Notes under the pieces: generated by a model
What the model saw: only the letters and a program-made list of their open reading frames with translations
Databases searched by the model: none
What the model was told of the DNA's origin: nothing
Position numbers and translations under genes: made by a program
Shown here: one piece after another, positions 39,290-49,246 of the stretch
Numbering within the stretch: the first letter of the stretch is position 1
How the letters are laid out: every line of letters starts with the position of its first letter
Assembly (NCBI GenBank): GCA_963839475.1
Contig: CAWIVH010000001.1
Coordinates: forward strand, 844,627-908,626
DNA length: 64,000 nt
Reading direction: 5' to 3'
DNA from: an uncultured Acidobacteriota bacterium
Lineage (GTDB): Bacteria > Acidobacteriota > UBA6911

Positions 39290-40043
39290 ATGGAAGCAAT
39301 TTCGGCAGTACTGATCACCTATAACGAAGAGAGAAATATCCGCGAGGCTTTGGAGTCGGTGCAGTGGGCCGATGAAATCGTCGTGGTGGATTCAGGAAGC
39401 AACGACGGGACGCTTGAGATCTGCTCCCGCTTCACGAGCCGGATTTTTCACCGCGAGTGGACTGGATTCGTCGACCAGAAGAACTACGCCCTGGACCAGG
39501 CGACCCACGCCTGGGTGTTGTCGCTGGATGCCGACGAACGTCTCAGCCCCGAACTGCTGGCGGAGATTCAGCAGCTTAGGCAATCAGGCTTTGCCGCGGA
39601 TGGCTATCGCATCCCGCGGGTCGCTTTTTTCATGGGGCGCTGGATCCGGCACGGGGACTGGTACCCCGACTTCCAACTGAGGCTTTTCGACAGGCGCCGG
39701 GGACGCTGGCAGGGGCGGCCAGGTGCACGAATCCGTGAAGATCGCCGGCATGCCCGGGTTGCTCAAGGGAGAAATTCTGCACTACACCTATCGGGAATTG
39801 TCTGACTATTTGAAAAGGCTGGAGAAATATTCCAGGCTCGCCGCGCTGGATTACCAGGCTCGCGGAAAAGTCTCCAGCGGCTGGAAGATGTTTTCAAACC
39901 CGATAGCAACCTTCATCAAAGCCTACTTACTAAAGCGCGGATTCCTCGACGGAATTCCCGGTTTCATGGTTGCTGTGATGGGAGCTGTGTCGGTGTTTTT
40001 CAAATATGCCAGTCTCTACGAGCTGCAAAGAAACAAAGGATGA
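39290..40043 (+). pseudogene. Glycosyltransferase family 2 (WaaE/KdtX-like) interrupted by a +1 frameshift near 39722
   Basis: Frame A gives MEAISAVLITYNEERNIREALESVQWADEIVVVDSGSNDGT...LFDRRRGRWQGRP. After a 1-nt offset at 39722, frame B gives VHESVKIAG.PGLLKGEILHYTYRELSDYLKRLEKYSRLAA..FLDGIPGF, the conserved C-terminus of this GT2 subfamily. Confidence 0.6.
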
Positions 40044-40337
40044 CGACCCGAAGCACACCCTCACTTCGATGATGTTTTTATTGGCTCCGTTATCAATCCG
40101 CGCCTGGTCCTCGGCCTGGAATTGAACCCGGACGAAAACCTCTCTCCCCTTTCGATAGAATCTTCAAATCGCCGGAGGATAGCCCGGGTCCGAATCCAGG
40201 ACCCGGATAAAGCCCAAGTCGGGCGGCCGGCCCAGGTATACTATGAATAAGGAGGCTGGATAGCGCTTTCGGGGCCGGGGCCGGCCTATGGTATATTAAC
40301 GGCCGCCCACATCCTGCATCAGGAAAGGAAAAACAAA

Positions 40338-41366
40338 TTGCGATTACTGGTCACCGGCGGCGCCGGATTCATAGGATCCAATTTCGTTCGACTCATGCTC
40401 GAACGCCACCCCGGCTGCGAGATCTTCAACCTTGATAAATTGACTTATGCCGGGAATCTGGAAAACCTGGCGGGGCTGGAGAACGACTCGCGTCATCACT
40501 TCGTGCACGGCGATATTTGTGACTCCGGCATCGTGCAGAAGCTTCTCGAGCGCGGATTGGACGCCGTCGTGAATTTCGCGGCGGAATCGCATGTGGACCG
40601 CAGCATCCTCGACTCTTCCGAGTTTGTCCGCACCAACATCCAGGGAACACAGAACCTGCTGGACGCCGCCCGCCGCCACAAAGTGGCCCGCTTCCTCCAG
40701 GTTTCCACGGATGAAGTCTACGGCAGCCTCGGCAGCGCAGGCTTTTTTACGGAGCTTACCCCGTTGGCGCCCAACAGCCCCTACGCCGCAAGCAAGGCGT
40801 CGGCTGACCTGATGGTGCGGAGCTATCACCACACCCACGGCTTCCCGGCGCTCATCACCCGGTGCTCCAACAATTATGGACCTTACCAGTTCCCCGAAAA
40901 ACTGATCCCTCTAATGATCACCAATGCCATAAGGGACATCCCGCTCCCGATCTACGGCGACGGGCTTTATGTACGTGACTGGATTCACGTCCGCGATCAT
41001 TCGGCGGCCATCGACAAAGTCCTGCATGAAGGCAGGCCCGGCGAGGTCTACAACATCGGCTCCCGGCAGGAAATGCCCAATATCGAGATAGTTCGTCTCG
41101 TTCTGAAGGCGCTGGGAAAAGGCGACGACCTGATCACCTATGTCAAGGACCGGCCCGGCCATGACCGGCGCTACGCCATCGATCCATCCAAAATCGAAAA
41201 GGAACTCGGCTGGAGGCCGGAGATCCCATTTCCCGACGGCATGAAGGAAACCATTGCATGGTACCTGCAAAACACGGGCTGGGTGGAAAACGTTCGCAGC
41301 GGGCAGTACATGAACTACTATCGGACCATGTATCAAGAACGCCAGCGCACCTTGTCGGAGCTTTGA
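40338..41366 (+). CDS. rfbB: dTDP-glucose 4,6-dehydratase
   Basis: It has LLVTGGAGFIGSNF and the YAASKASADLMVRSY catalytic Y-xxx-K. A TTG start is likely, with an AGGAAAGGA SD. Confidence 0.9.
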   Translation: MRLLVTGGAGFIGSNFVRLMLERHPGCEIFNLDKLTYAGNLENLAGLENDSRHHFVHGDICDSGIVQKLLERGLDAVVNFAAESHVDRSILDSSEFVRTNIQGTQNLLDAARRHKVARFLQVSTDEVYGSLGSAGFFTELTPLAPNSPYAASKASADLMVRSYHHTHGFPALITRCSNNYGPYQFPEKLIPLMITNAIRDIPLPIYGDGLYVRDWIHVRDHSAAIDKVLHEGRPGEVYNIGSRQEMPNIEIVRLVLKALGKGDDLITYVKDRPGHDRRYAIDPSKIEKELGWRPEIPFPDGMKETIAWYLQNTGWVENVRSGQYMNYYRTMYQERQRTLSEL

Positions 41367-42214
41367 TGAAGAGCTTGATTGTGGGCAATCGAGGGATGCT
41401 CGGAACCGAGCTCATGACGGTATTCGCCGCTGCCGGACCGGTCACCGGAGTCGACATTGCCGAACTGGACATCACCGATGCCGGGCAATGCCATGAATGC
41501 GTAAGCCGGCTCCGCCCTGATGTAATTATCAACGCCGCGGCGCTCACGGCGGTCGATTACTGCGAATCGCATGAAGAGGAGGCGAATCGCATTAACGGAG
41601 AAGGCCCCGGAAATCTTGCCCAGGCGGCGTCGGAGACGGGTGCGCTGTTCGTCCACTACAGCACCGATTACGTCTTTGATGGGCTGAAAACAGCTCCCTA
41701 CAGCGAAGGGGACCCTCCCTGCCCTCGCAGCGCTTACGGCCGCTCCAAGCTGCTGGGCGAAAACAAAGTGCAGGCTTGCGGCTCGGGCCACCTGATCCTG
41801 CGAACTGCGTGGCTGTTCGGCTGTCATGGGAAAAATTTCATCCGGACCATTTTGAGGGCAGCGCGCTCGGGACAGCCGCTCCGGGTTGTGGACGATCAAC
41901 GCGGAAGCCCGACCAGCGCCCGCGATCTGGCAGTCCACACGCGCAGGCTGGTAGAATCTGGTTGCCGGGGCATTTTTCACGTTGCCAACAGCGGCGAATG
42001 CACCTGGTTTGAGCTCGCCAGGCATTCCATCGAATGGGCCGGCATAGTGGGCGTGAGCCTTTCCCCGTGCTCTACCGCCGACTATCCTCTGCCTGCGCCG
42101 AGGCCGGCCAACTCTGTGCTTGCCGCGGCACGCCTGGAAAACAGCGGGATCGGGGCCATGCGTCCCTGGCAGGAAGCTGTCCGGGACTATATCCAAGAGT
42201 GCGGGAATGTCTGA
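41366..42214 (+). CDS. rfbD: dTDP-4-dehydrorhamnose reductase
   Basis: MKSLIVGNRGMLGTELM...YSTDYVFDG...YGRSKLLGE are RmlD signatures. The ATG overlaps the rfbB stop (TGATG). Confidence 0.85.
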   Translation: MKSLIVGNRGMLGTELMTVFAAAGPVTGVDIAELDITDAGQCHECVSRLRPDVIINAAALTAVDYCESHEEEANRINGEGPGNLAQAASETGALFVHYSTDYVFDGLKTAPYSEGDPPCPRSAYGRSKLLGENKVQACGSGHLILRTAWLFGCHGKNFIRTILRAARSGQPLRVVDDQRGSPTSARDLAVHTRRLVESGCRGIFHVANSGECTWFELARHSIEWAGIVGVSLSPCSTADYPLPAPRPANSVLAAARLENSGIGAMRPWQEAVRDYIQECGNV

Positions 42215-42680
42215 CAAGAAGGATTCGGGCGAAAAACAGGTTGCATCCAACCGGAAGGCGTTCCACGAGTATTTCATCCTCGACAAACTCGAGGCCGGCA
42301 TCTCCCTGCTGGGCACCGAGGTAAAATCCATTCGAGACGGTAAGGTGAATCTCAAAGAAAGCTTTGCGGCGATCAAAAACGGCGAAGCTTTTTTATACGA
42401 TTGTCATATCAGCCCCTATTCGCATGGCAACCGCGAAAACCACGATCCTACCCGGCCGCGAAAGCTGCTGCTCCATCACCAGGAGATCAGGAAACTTATC
42501 GGCAAAACCCAGGAAAAGGGCCTCACTCTGGTCCCGCTGCGCATGTACCTGAAGCGCGGAAGAATAAAGATCGAACTGGGTGTGGCAAAAGGAAAAAAGC
42601 TGTTCGACAAACGGGAATCGGAACGCCACAAAGAGATGGACCGGGAGGCGCGGATCGCAATCAAATCCCGCCGCGACTAG
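42207..42680 (+). CDS. smpB: SsrA-binding protein
   Basis: NRKAFHEYFILDKLEAGISLLGTEVKSIRDGKVNLKESFA...KLLLHHQEIRKL is the canonical SmpB sequence. Confidence 0.9.
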   Translation: MSDKKDSGEKQVASNRKAFHEYFILDKLEAGISLLGTEVKSIRDGKVNLKESFAAIKNGEAFLYDCHISPYSHGNRENHDPTRPRKLLLHHQEIRKLIGKTQEKGLTLVPLRMYLKRGRIKIELGVAKGKKLFDKRESERHKEMDREARIAIKSRRD

Positions 42681-42698
42681 GGATTCAGGAGGATAGCA

Positions 42699-44198
42699 AT
42701 GCAGATCGGATTCCGTAAGGGAAACTGCCGTGAAGTCGCCTGCGACCTTCTTGGCTGCATCGTTTTTGAAGAGGAAACCGCAGGATCATCCGCCCTCCGG
42801 GCTCTCGGTCCGGACATTCAGGCCGCGGTGGCATCGGCGCTGACCAGCGGAGAATTCAAAGCGGAACTGCATCGGAGCTTTCTCCTGCACAAACCGAAAG
42901 GCCTCAAGGCCGCGAAGCTCCTGCTCATTGGGGCTGGAAGGGAATCCGAATTCACGCCCGCACGGCAGCGCGATCTTGCCGGCACCCTGATCCGTCGCGC
43001 CAAAGTGGTCAAGGCAAGATCGGTGGCGCTCGCCGTCCGCGCCATTTATGATCGGGCGCAAGCCGCGCGGATCGTCACCGAAGGGGTGCTTTATGGGAAT
43101 TATGAATCGGATGTCTATAAGACCCGGGATCGGGAAGGTGATTGCGTCGAGCATTTTTCCATCCTGGTAGGCCGCGGAATTGATGCCGGCTCTGTCCTTG
43201 AAGGTATAAGGCGCGGCACCGCCGTTGGCGAAGCGACCAACTTCATCCGAACCTTGTCCAATGAACCTTCCAACGTCCTGACCCCATCGGAGTTTGCCGA
43301 GCGCGCGACTGCTGAGGGAAAGCGAGCAGGTTTGTCCGTAGAAGTGCTCGAGCGGGAGGAGATGCAGAAACTGGGGATGAATGCGCTGCTGGCGGTTGCC
43401 CGGGGTAGTGACGAGCCGCCCAAAATGGTAATCCTGAGATGGGAACCGCGGAAAACAAAGCCGGGGAGGAAGCCTTTCTTACGCGCCCTGGTGGGCAAGG
43501 GCGTCACTTTCGACAGCGGCGGCATATCGATCAAACCGGCGGACAAGATGGAAGATATGAAAGCCGACATGTCGGGCGGGGCTGCGGTGCTGGGAGCCAT
43601 GCTGGCGCTGGCAAGGCTGAATCACCCGGAACCGGTCCTCGGCCTCATCCCCCTCGTGGAAAATCTTCCCAGCGGCAAAGCCATGCGGCCGGGGGATGTC
43701 GTCAAATCCTACCTGGGCAAAACGGTGGAAATCATCAATACCGATGCCGAAGGCCGGCTGATACTGGCCGATGCCCTGGCTTATGCAAGAACCTTGGGTG
43801 CCACCAGCATCATCGATCTTGCGACCCTGACCGGGGCGTGTGTCGTAGCCCTGGGGCACGTGAACGCGGGCATGATGGGAACAGACCAGGCAACCATGGA
43901 TCGCCTTCGAGCCAACTGTGCTGTCACCGGCGAAAAGCTCTGGCAGCTCCCGCTTGACGACGAATATCGGAAGCTGATCCGCAGCGAAATCGCGGATATG
44001 AAAAACATCGGCAACCGCTGGGGCGGCGCCATCACCGCTGCGAAATTCCTGCAGGAGTTCGTGGAGGAAACCCCATGGGTGCACCTGGACATCGCCGGCG
44101 TCGACCTGGACCACGACGGGCGCCCGTTCGCGGCCAAAGGGGCGACCGGATTCGGCGTTCGCACCCTGGTGCAGTTGCTAAGTCCTGTCCATGAATAA
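42699..44198 (+). CDS. pepA: Leucyl aminopeptidase (M17)
   Basis: The metal-binding signature is VGKGVTFDSGGISIKP...NTDAEGRLILADALAYA. An AGGAGG SD lies upstream. Confidence 0.9.
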   Translation: MQIGFRKGNCREVACDLLGCIVFEEETAGSSALRALGPDIQAAVASALTSGEFKAELHRSFLLHKPKGLKAAKLLLIGAGRESEFTPARQRDLAGTLIRRAKVVKARSVALAVRAIYDRAQAARIVTEGVLYGNYESDVYKTRDREGDCVEHFSILVGRGIDAGSVLEGIRRGTAVGEATNFIRTLSNEPSNVLTPSEFAERATAEGKRAGLSVEVLEREEMQKLGMNALLAVARGSDEPPKMVILRWEPRKTKPGRKPFLRALVGKGVTFDSGGISIKPADKMEDMKADMSGGAAVLGAMLALARLNHPEPVLGLIPLVENLPSGKAMRPGDVVKSYLGKTVEIINTDAEGRLILADALAYARTLGATSIIDLATLTGACVVALGHVNAGMMGTDQATMDRLRANCAVTGEKLWQLPLDDEYRKLIRSEIADMKNIGNRWGGAITAAKFLQEFVEETPWVHLDIAGVDLDHDGRPFAAKGATGFGVRTLVQLLSPVHE

Positions 44199-44494
44199 CG
44201 TTTGCACTTTGCTGCTGGCCCGCTGGCGCGGTTTCGCGCGGGCATCTGCTTCGATGCCGCTCCTCGATGTGACGGGCGGATCAGCCGTGACGCCCAAAAT
44301 CGATGTCCGGCATTTGCATCCTGGCCGCTTTGCCGGAGGTGCCGCCCATGAATTAGACCGGCGTCATACCCGCGATTACCGCTAGTTTCATTCCGCGCTG
44401 GTGTCCGGACCATGCCGTCTTCGATCACCACCTCCCATAGCTTGAACATTTCGGAGCCTGTACTCGTATTCCGGATCAGGAGGTCGGAGATGCC

Positions 44495-46882
44495 ATGTCC
44501 GGCGATGAGCTTCTGCGAAACTTTTGGCTGGCAGTGAGACTTCTCCGCCAGCGTCCGGCCTTCGCGGCAACGTGCCTGGCAACTCTGATTCTGGGAATTT
44601 CCCTCAACACCATTGCTTTCGGCATCGTCAATGCGCTGTGGTTTCGGCCGCTCCCTTTTCCGGATGGCAGCCGGATGGTGGTTCTCTTCGAGCAGAATCT
44701 CCGGTCCGGCAACCGCGCCTTTGCATCGTATGCCACCTACTGCGGGTGGCGAGATCAGGCCCAAAGTTTCGTTTCCACAGCCGCAGTTCTCGAACGCTCA
44801 TGCAATGTTTTTCCGGATGCATCCATGCATGGGGTGCCGGAAGCAGCAGGCGCGGCATTGGTATCCGCGGGAGCGATCGAATTCATGGGTTTTCGGCCGA
44901 TCAAGGGTAGAAGCTTCATCCCCGGGGAGGAAAACGGCACCGTCCGGGCAGTATTGATCGGGGAACGGTACTGGAGGGAACGGTTTTCATCTGATCCGGA
45001 AATCCTCAGCCGCAGGCTGATCGTTGACGGAGAGCCGTCAGCGATCATCGGAGTTCTCCCTCGTGAATTTCAAATTCTCTATGGAGGCTATCAGGTGGTT
45101 GGGCTTCTCGATCACAAGGCCGAGAGCTCTGACCGCACGGAACGAATGCTTCAGGTCATCGCCAGACTCAAACCCGGAATCAGCCTGGATCAGGCGCGGG
45201 CCGAAATGAAGGTCATATCTGCCCGGATTTCATTGCTGTCTCCGGCGAGTAATCGGGAATGGGAAGCGAGGGTGGCTGATTACCGCAAGTTTCTTTTTGC
45301 AACGGCCATCCGGATGTACCCGCTGCTCCTGGCCGGGTCCGTGTTTGTTTTGCTCATCGTCTGTGCAAATATCTCCAACCTTTACCTGGCCCTGTCCATC
45401 GCGAGGCGCAAAGAAATCGCCGTCAGGGCGGCCCTCGGCGCCACCCGGTGGCAGATCGTCCGGCAGATGCTGGCCGAAGGTTTGGTTCTTTCTATCGGTG
45501 GAGGCCTGATTGCTTTTACACTCGTGGTGTGGGCCCGCTATCTGCTTGTTGCCGGTTACCCAGAGCTCTCGAATCTGAAGGTCGATATTCGTGTGTTTTC
45601 CTACACGATGCTGGTTTCCTTCGCCGCCGGGATGGCCTTCGGATTGACTCCTGCCCTCACGGCTTCGAAGCCCGATATCAGCGAGGTGCTGAAAAGCAGC
45701 GGCCGCAGCGGGCAGGCCCGGTCCACCCTCAGATTACGCCGGCTGCTGGTTGCATCCGAACTGGCTCTTTCGCTCATTCTATTGACAGCCACAGGCCTCC
45801 TGGTCCGGACGGCAATTAAAATGCGTGTGGCGGAACCGGGATTCAAACCCGCCCGCCTCTTGACTGCGCATCTGACCCTTCGAGGGAATCGATACTCCAG
45901 CGCTGCCGACAAGGCACGCTTCACTCGATACCTGCAAGAGCAGGTTGCCGGCATGCCCGGCATCGAAGGGGCGACACTCATGGGACGCCTGCCTTTGCTG
46001 GGCGGCGATCCGACATCGCGGCTGGAAGTTTCTGATGCTGACGGATGGTCCTGCCAGGTTATCGTGCGGCCCGTGGACTCGGAGTTTCACGGGGTATTGT
46101 CCAACCGCATGTTGGCCGGACGTAGATTCCTTCCTGCGGATGCTGAAGATTCGGAGCCGACAGCTATCCTTAATGAAAAGCTCGCGGGGAGCATATCACC
46201 TGGGAATCCGGCGGGCGCACTCGATCACCGCATCCGCATCGATGACGGGTCCTGGCGGAGAGTCGTAGGCATATCCGCCGATGTCCGTCAGTTGCTGACT
46301 CAGCCGGCCGGTGCTGAAGTGCTGGTTCCGCTTGCTCAACAGCCTTCGTCGAATATCTGGATAGCCGTCCTGGCGCGCGGCGACCCGGATTCCATCGCCA
46401 ATTCGCTGCGGAAAAAAGTAGCGGGCATGGATCCGGCACTTCCGGTCGGCGCGCTGCAGACAATGTCGGACATTGTCGACGGCTATTTTCCTCGAGTCAT
46501 GATGGCCGGATTAGCCTGTTTTTCGATCGTTGCGCTGAGTATCGCGGCGCTTGGCCTCTACGGGGTGGTGGCTTCGACGGTTCTGGAGCGCACGCAAGAA
46601 ATCGGTGTCCGGATGGCACTTGGCGCAAACCGGAGGACCATTCTGCAAAATATAATCAGCGATGGAATCCGACTGGCAGCCTGGGGTGCTGTCTCAGGGC
46701 TTCTTGGGGCATTCGCCCTCGGCCGGGTAATGGCGGGATTTCTTTTTGACGTCAGTCCGGCTGACCCGGTCGTGTTCACCGTCATTCCAGTCCTCCTCAT
46801 GCTCGTGGTGGTGTGCGCGGCCTACGTCCCGTCCCGTCGCGCTTCGCGTCTCGATCCTGTGGTTGCGCTGCGGGAGGAATAG
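44495..46882 (+). CDS. ADOP-family duplicated MacB-like ABC permease
   Basis: At 795 aa it has two FtsX-type permease modules, each preceded by a MacB periplasmic core domain. The N-terminus is LAVRLLRQRPAFAATCLATLILGIS. Confidence 0.8.
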   Translation: MSGDELLRNFWLAVRLLRQRPAFAATCLATLILGISLNTIAFGIVNALWFRPLPFPDGSRMVVLFEQNLRSGNRAFASYATYCGWRDQAQSFVSTAAVLERSCNVFPDASMHGVPEAAGAALVSAGAIEFMGFRPIKGRSFIPGEENGTVRAVLIGERYWRERFSSDPEILSRRLIVDGEPSAIIGVLPREFQILYGGYQVVGLLDHKAESSDRTERMLQVIARLKPGISLDQARAEMKVISARISLLSPASNREWEARVADYRKFLFATAIRMYPLLLAGSVFVLLIVCANISNLYLALSIARRKEIAVRAALGATRWQIVRQMLAEGLVLSIGGGLIAFTLVVWARYLLVAGYPELSNLKVDIRVFSYTMLVSFAAGMAFGLTPALTASKPDISEVLKSSGRSGQARSTLRLRRLLVASELALSLILLTATGLLVRTAIKMRVAEPGFKPARLLTAHLTLRGNRYSSAADKARFTRYLQEQVAGMPGIEGATLMGRLPLLGGDPTSRLEVSDADGWSCQVIVRPVDSEFHGVLSNRMLAGRRFLPADAEDSEPTAILNEKLAGSISPGNPAGALDHRIRIDDGSWRRVVGISADVRQLLTQPAGAEVLVPLAQQPSSNIWIAVLARGDPDSIANSLRKKVAGMDPALPVGALQTMSDIVDGYFPRVMMAGLACFSIVALSIAALGLYGVVASTVLERTQEIGVRMALGANRRTILQNIISDGIRLAAWGAVSGLLGAFALGRVMAGFLFDVSPADPVVFTVIPVLLMLVVVCAAYVPSRRASRLDPVVALREE

Positions 46883-46953
46883 CACCTGGAATCGCCCGGC
46901 GATTCGCAGCCCCCTATTAGACGGACGGCTGCCCATGTCGTCGAGGTTTCTTC

Positions 46954-46980
46954 TTGACTTCAGTGATTACATATGTAATC
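46954..46980 (+). promoter_or_regulatory. BlaI/MecI-type operator (perfect 16-bp palindrome GATTACATATGTAATC) overlapping a TTGACT -35 element
   Basis: The palindrome at 46965-46980 matches the TTACA-N-TGTAA dyad of BlaI/MecI boxes. TTGACT lies at 46954-46959, and the site is 36 bp upstream of the blaI ATG. Confidence 0.65.
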
Positions 46981-47015
46981 TAAATGAAAACGTATGTGAT
47001 CGAGGAAAAGCCGTC

Positions 47016-47384
47016 ATGCCTGCCATACCCAAGATAGCCGATTCCGAATGGAAGGTCATGAAAGTGCTCTGGGCGCGGTCCGAACCCATGCCCGCGTACG
47101 ACATCATTCAGGAACTCGCCGCCGCTGAACGATGGCAGCCGAAAACGATCAAAACCCTGCTCGGCCGGCTGGTGAAGAAAGGCGCGTTGAGTTTCCGGAG
47201 GTACAAGAACCTCTACCTGTATTTCCCAAAGGTCAGTGAATCCGAATGTCTCAAAGCGGAAGGCGAGTCCTTTTTGCAAAGGTGCTTCAACGGATCGCTC
47301 CAGCCAATGCTGGCACACTTTGTGGAACACCGCCGACTTACACCAAAGGAGATCCAGGAGCTGAAACGGATTTTGGAATCCTAG
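47016..47384 (+). CDS. BlaI/MecI/CopY-family transcriptional repressor
   Basis: MPAIPKIADSEWKVMKVLWARSEPMPAYDIIQELAAAERWQPKTIKTLLGRLVKKGAL is a winged-helix penicillinase-repressor fold, and a C-terminal dimerisation helix is present. Confidence 0.85.
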   Translation: MPAIPKIADSEWKVMKVLWARSEPMPAYDIIQELAAAERWQPKTIKTLLGRLVKKGALSFRRYKNLYLYFPKVSESECLKAEGESFLQRCFNGSLQPMLAHFVEHRRLTPKEIQELKRILES

Positions 47385-47424
47385 CCCGAGTTTACCGCCC
47401 GAATGCGGCAGAACTCCGCTTTGG

Positions 47425-47667
47425 ATGTCGGCCAAGGCTAAGAGTGAAGAAGCCGGAAAGTATCTCCGCGATCGCTTGAACTTCCCGGTCCTGTTCGCTG
47501 CCGATGGTTCCTACCGGATTGAGGATGTTCCGGCGGGAACCTATTGGCTCAGGCTTCCTATTCCTGGATTACCCCATAACACCTTTTTTCGTGAAGTTAC
47601 AGTTCCCGAGATTTCCAGCGGCTGGCACGACACTCCCCTCGATGTGGGGACCATAACCATCCGGTGA
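47425..47667 (+). pseudogene. Remnant ORF encoding only the C-terminal half of a carboxypeptidase-regulatory-like domain (possible relic of the BlaR1-like partner)
   Basis: DGSYRIEDVPAGTYWLRL...FREVTVPE resembles strands 4-7 of CarbopepD_reg domains. There is no upstream in-frame continuation because of a stop at 47422. Confidence 0.3.
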
Positions 47668-47822
47668 GCGCTTCTTGTCGCATCACTTAAACGAAAAGGG
47701 GAAATTCAGTAGTTCACCCCATCCCAAGGCTCGCTTAAGCTCATGGATGAATTGTTCCGTGCTGCGGTTCCGGCCCGGGGGAAACACTCCATAATCACAA
47801 AAAGTCAGACAAGCTGTTGGCT

Positions 47823-48818
47823 TCAATGGGCCGGGCGAATCAGCCGCCGCGCCCAGCGCAGCGCTGAAATCATACTCTCGGGGCGCGCCACGCCCTTGCC
47901 CGCAATGTCGAAGGCCGTGCCATGATCGACCGAGGTTCGGACGAAGGGCAGGCCCAGTGTCACGTTGACCGCTTCTCCGAATCCGATCAATTTGATAGGG
48001 CTGAGACCCTGATCATGGAGCAGGGCCAGCACTACGTCGAATTCGCCTGACGCCGCCCTGTAGAAAAGCGTATCGGCCGGCAGTGGCCCGTGGATCTCAA
48101 TCCCGGGATTTTCCTTCCGAAACCGGCGAAGCGCCGGCTCGATCACTTCCCGCTCCTCCGTGCCCATGATACCGTTTTCGCCGGCATGCGGATTCAATGC
48201 GGCTACCGCTACCCTGCGGCAAGGCAGATTGAGGCGGGGAAATTCACGCAGGATAATTCGCAGCTTGTCCTGAATCAGCTCGGCGGTAATGAGGTCGATG
48301 GCACTGCGCAGCGACAGATGGATTGTTGCCAGAACCACCTTCAGTTTTTCGGTCAGGAAGGCCATCGCAACATCATGGACACCGGCAAGATACGCCAGGA
48401 ATTCCGTGTGGCCTGGAAAGTCGTATCCTGCCAAATGAAGATATTTCTTGTTGAGCGGAGCGGTGACGATGGCGTCCAGAGCTCCCTGCAAACATGCCGC
48501 AGCGCATAGCTCAATATTTTTCGCCGCGGCTTCACCGCTGGCGGCCGAACCGGATCCGGGTTGGATTTCGCCGCATCGCGCGGGAATGTGAACGAAGCCG
48601 CGTGCAGGGAGCTCGATGTCAGGCAGCAACTCGGTCGCTGCAACACGATCATAATCGAAGCTGATCCCCAGCTTCCCAGCCTGCGCCCGCAAAATCTGCT
48701 CATCACCAAAGAGGGTTATTATGCAGTCCCCGAACAGGCGCGGATCACGCAAGGCGCGCAGCGATATTTCCGGGCCTATGCCGGCCGGATCGCCGGTGGT
48801 GACTCCAATCCTGAGCAT
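47823..48818 (-). CDS. pdxA: 4-hydroxythreonine-4-phosphate dehydrogenase
   Basis: MLRIGVTTGDPAGIGPEISLRAL...GHTEFLA...DHGTAFDIAGKG are PdxA signatures. Confidence 0.9.
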   Translation of the reverse strand: MLRIGVTTGDPAGIGPEISLRALRDPRLFGDCIITLFGDEQILRAQAGKLGISFDYDRVAATELLPDIELPARGFVHIPARCGEIQPGSGSAASGEAAAKNIELCAAACLQGALDAIVTAPLNKKYLHLAGYDFPGHTEFLAYLAGVHDVAMAFLTEKLKVVLATIHLSLRSAIDLITAELIQDKLRIILREFPRLNLPCRRVAVAALNPHAGENGIMGTEEREVIEPALRRFRKENPGIEIHGPLPADTLFYRAASGEFDVVLALLHDQGLSPIKLIGFGEAVNVTLGLPFVRTSVDHGTAFDIAGKGVARPESMISALRWARRLIRPAH

Positions 48819-48919
48819 GAGGATCTCTCGTGGGGCGGCCGAATATCATCCGCGGGCTTCACCAGTGGCAATACCCGCGGATTTTCCAGGGGGCCAATGA
48901 GCATCGATTCGCAGAAAAA

Positions 48920-49246
48920 CTACTCGAGGTCAACCTCGTCCGGCTCCTGATCTTCGTTCTGCTTGTACATGTACTTGATGAAATGCTTCAAGATCAGAAG
49001 GTTGGGACCGTCCTGCCGGTGGACTTTGATGCAGTTCTTGTCATACCATTCCAGTACTCCGCGAATCTCCTCATCGTCCACCAGTTTGACCACCATTGGC
49101 GTTTTGGCGGCCATTTGTTTTATGTAATAGTAGTTTTCCGCGTTTGTGACGTCGGGCGGCACCCGTTTACGCGGAGCCGCTCCATATCTCGGCATCTGAT
49201 CCTTGATATCCGAAAGGCTTGGTCGGATCAGTTTACGATTAACCAT
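48920..49246 (-). CDS. Hfq-like Sm-fold RNA-binding protein (N-terminally extended)
   Basis: TPMVVKLVDDEEIRGVLEWYDKNCIKV parallels the Hfq Sm1 motif ([27 protein letters not shown]), and LLILKHFIKYMY parallels the Sm2 motif (MVYKHAIS). A GGGAGGGAG SD lies 6 nt upstream of the ATG. Confidence 0.45.
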   Translation of the reverse strand: MVNRKLIRPSLSDIKDQMPRYGAAPRKRVPPDVTNAENYYYIKQMAAKTPMVVKLVDDEEIRGVLEWYDKNCIKVHRQDGPNLLILKHFIKYMYKQNEDQEPDEVDLE

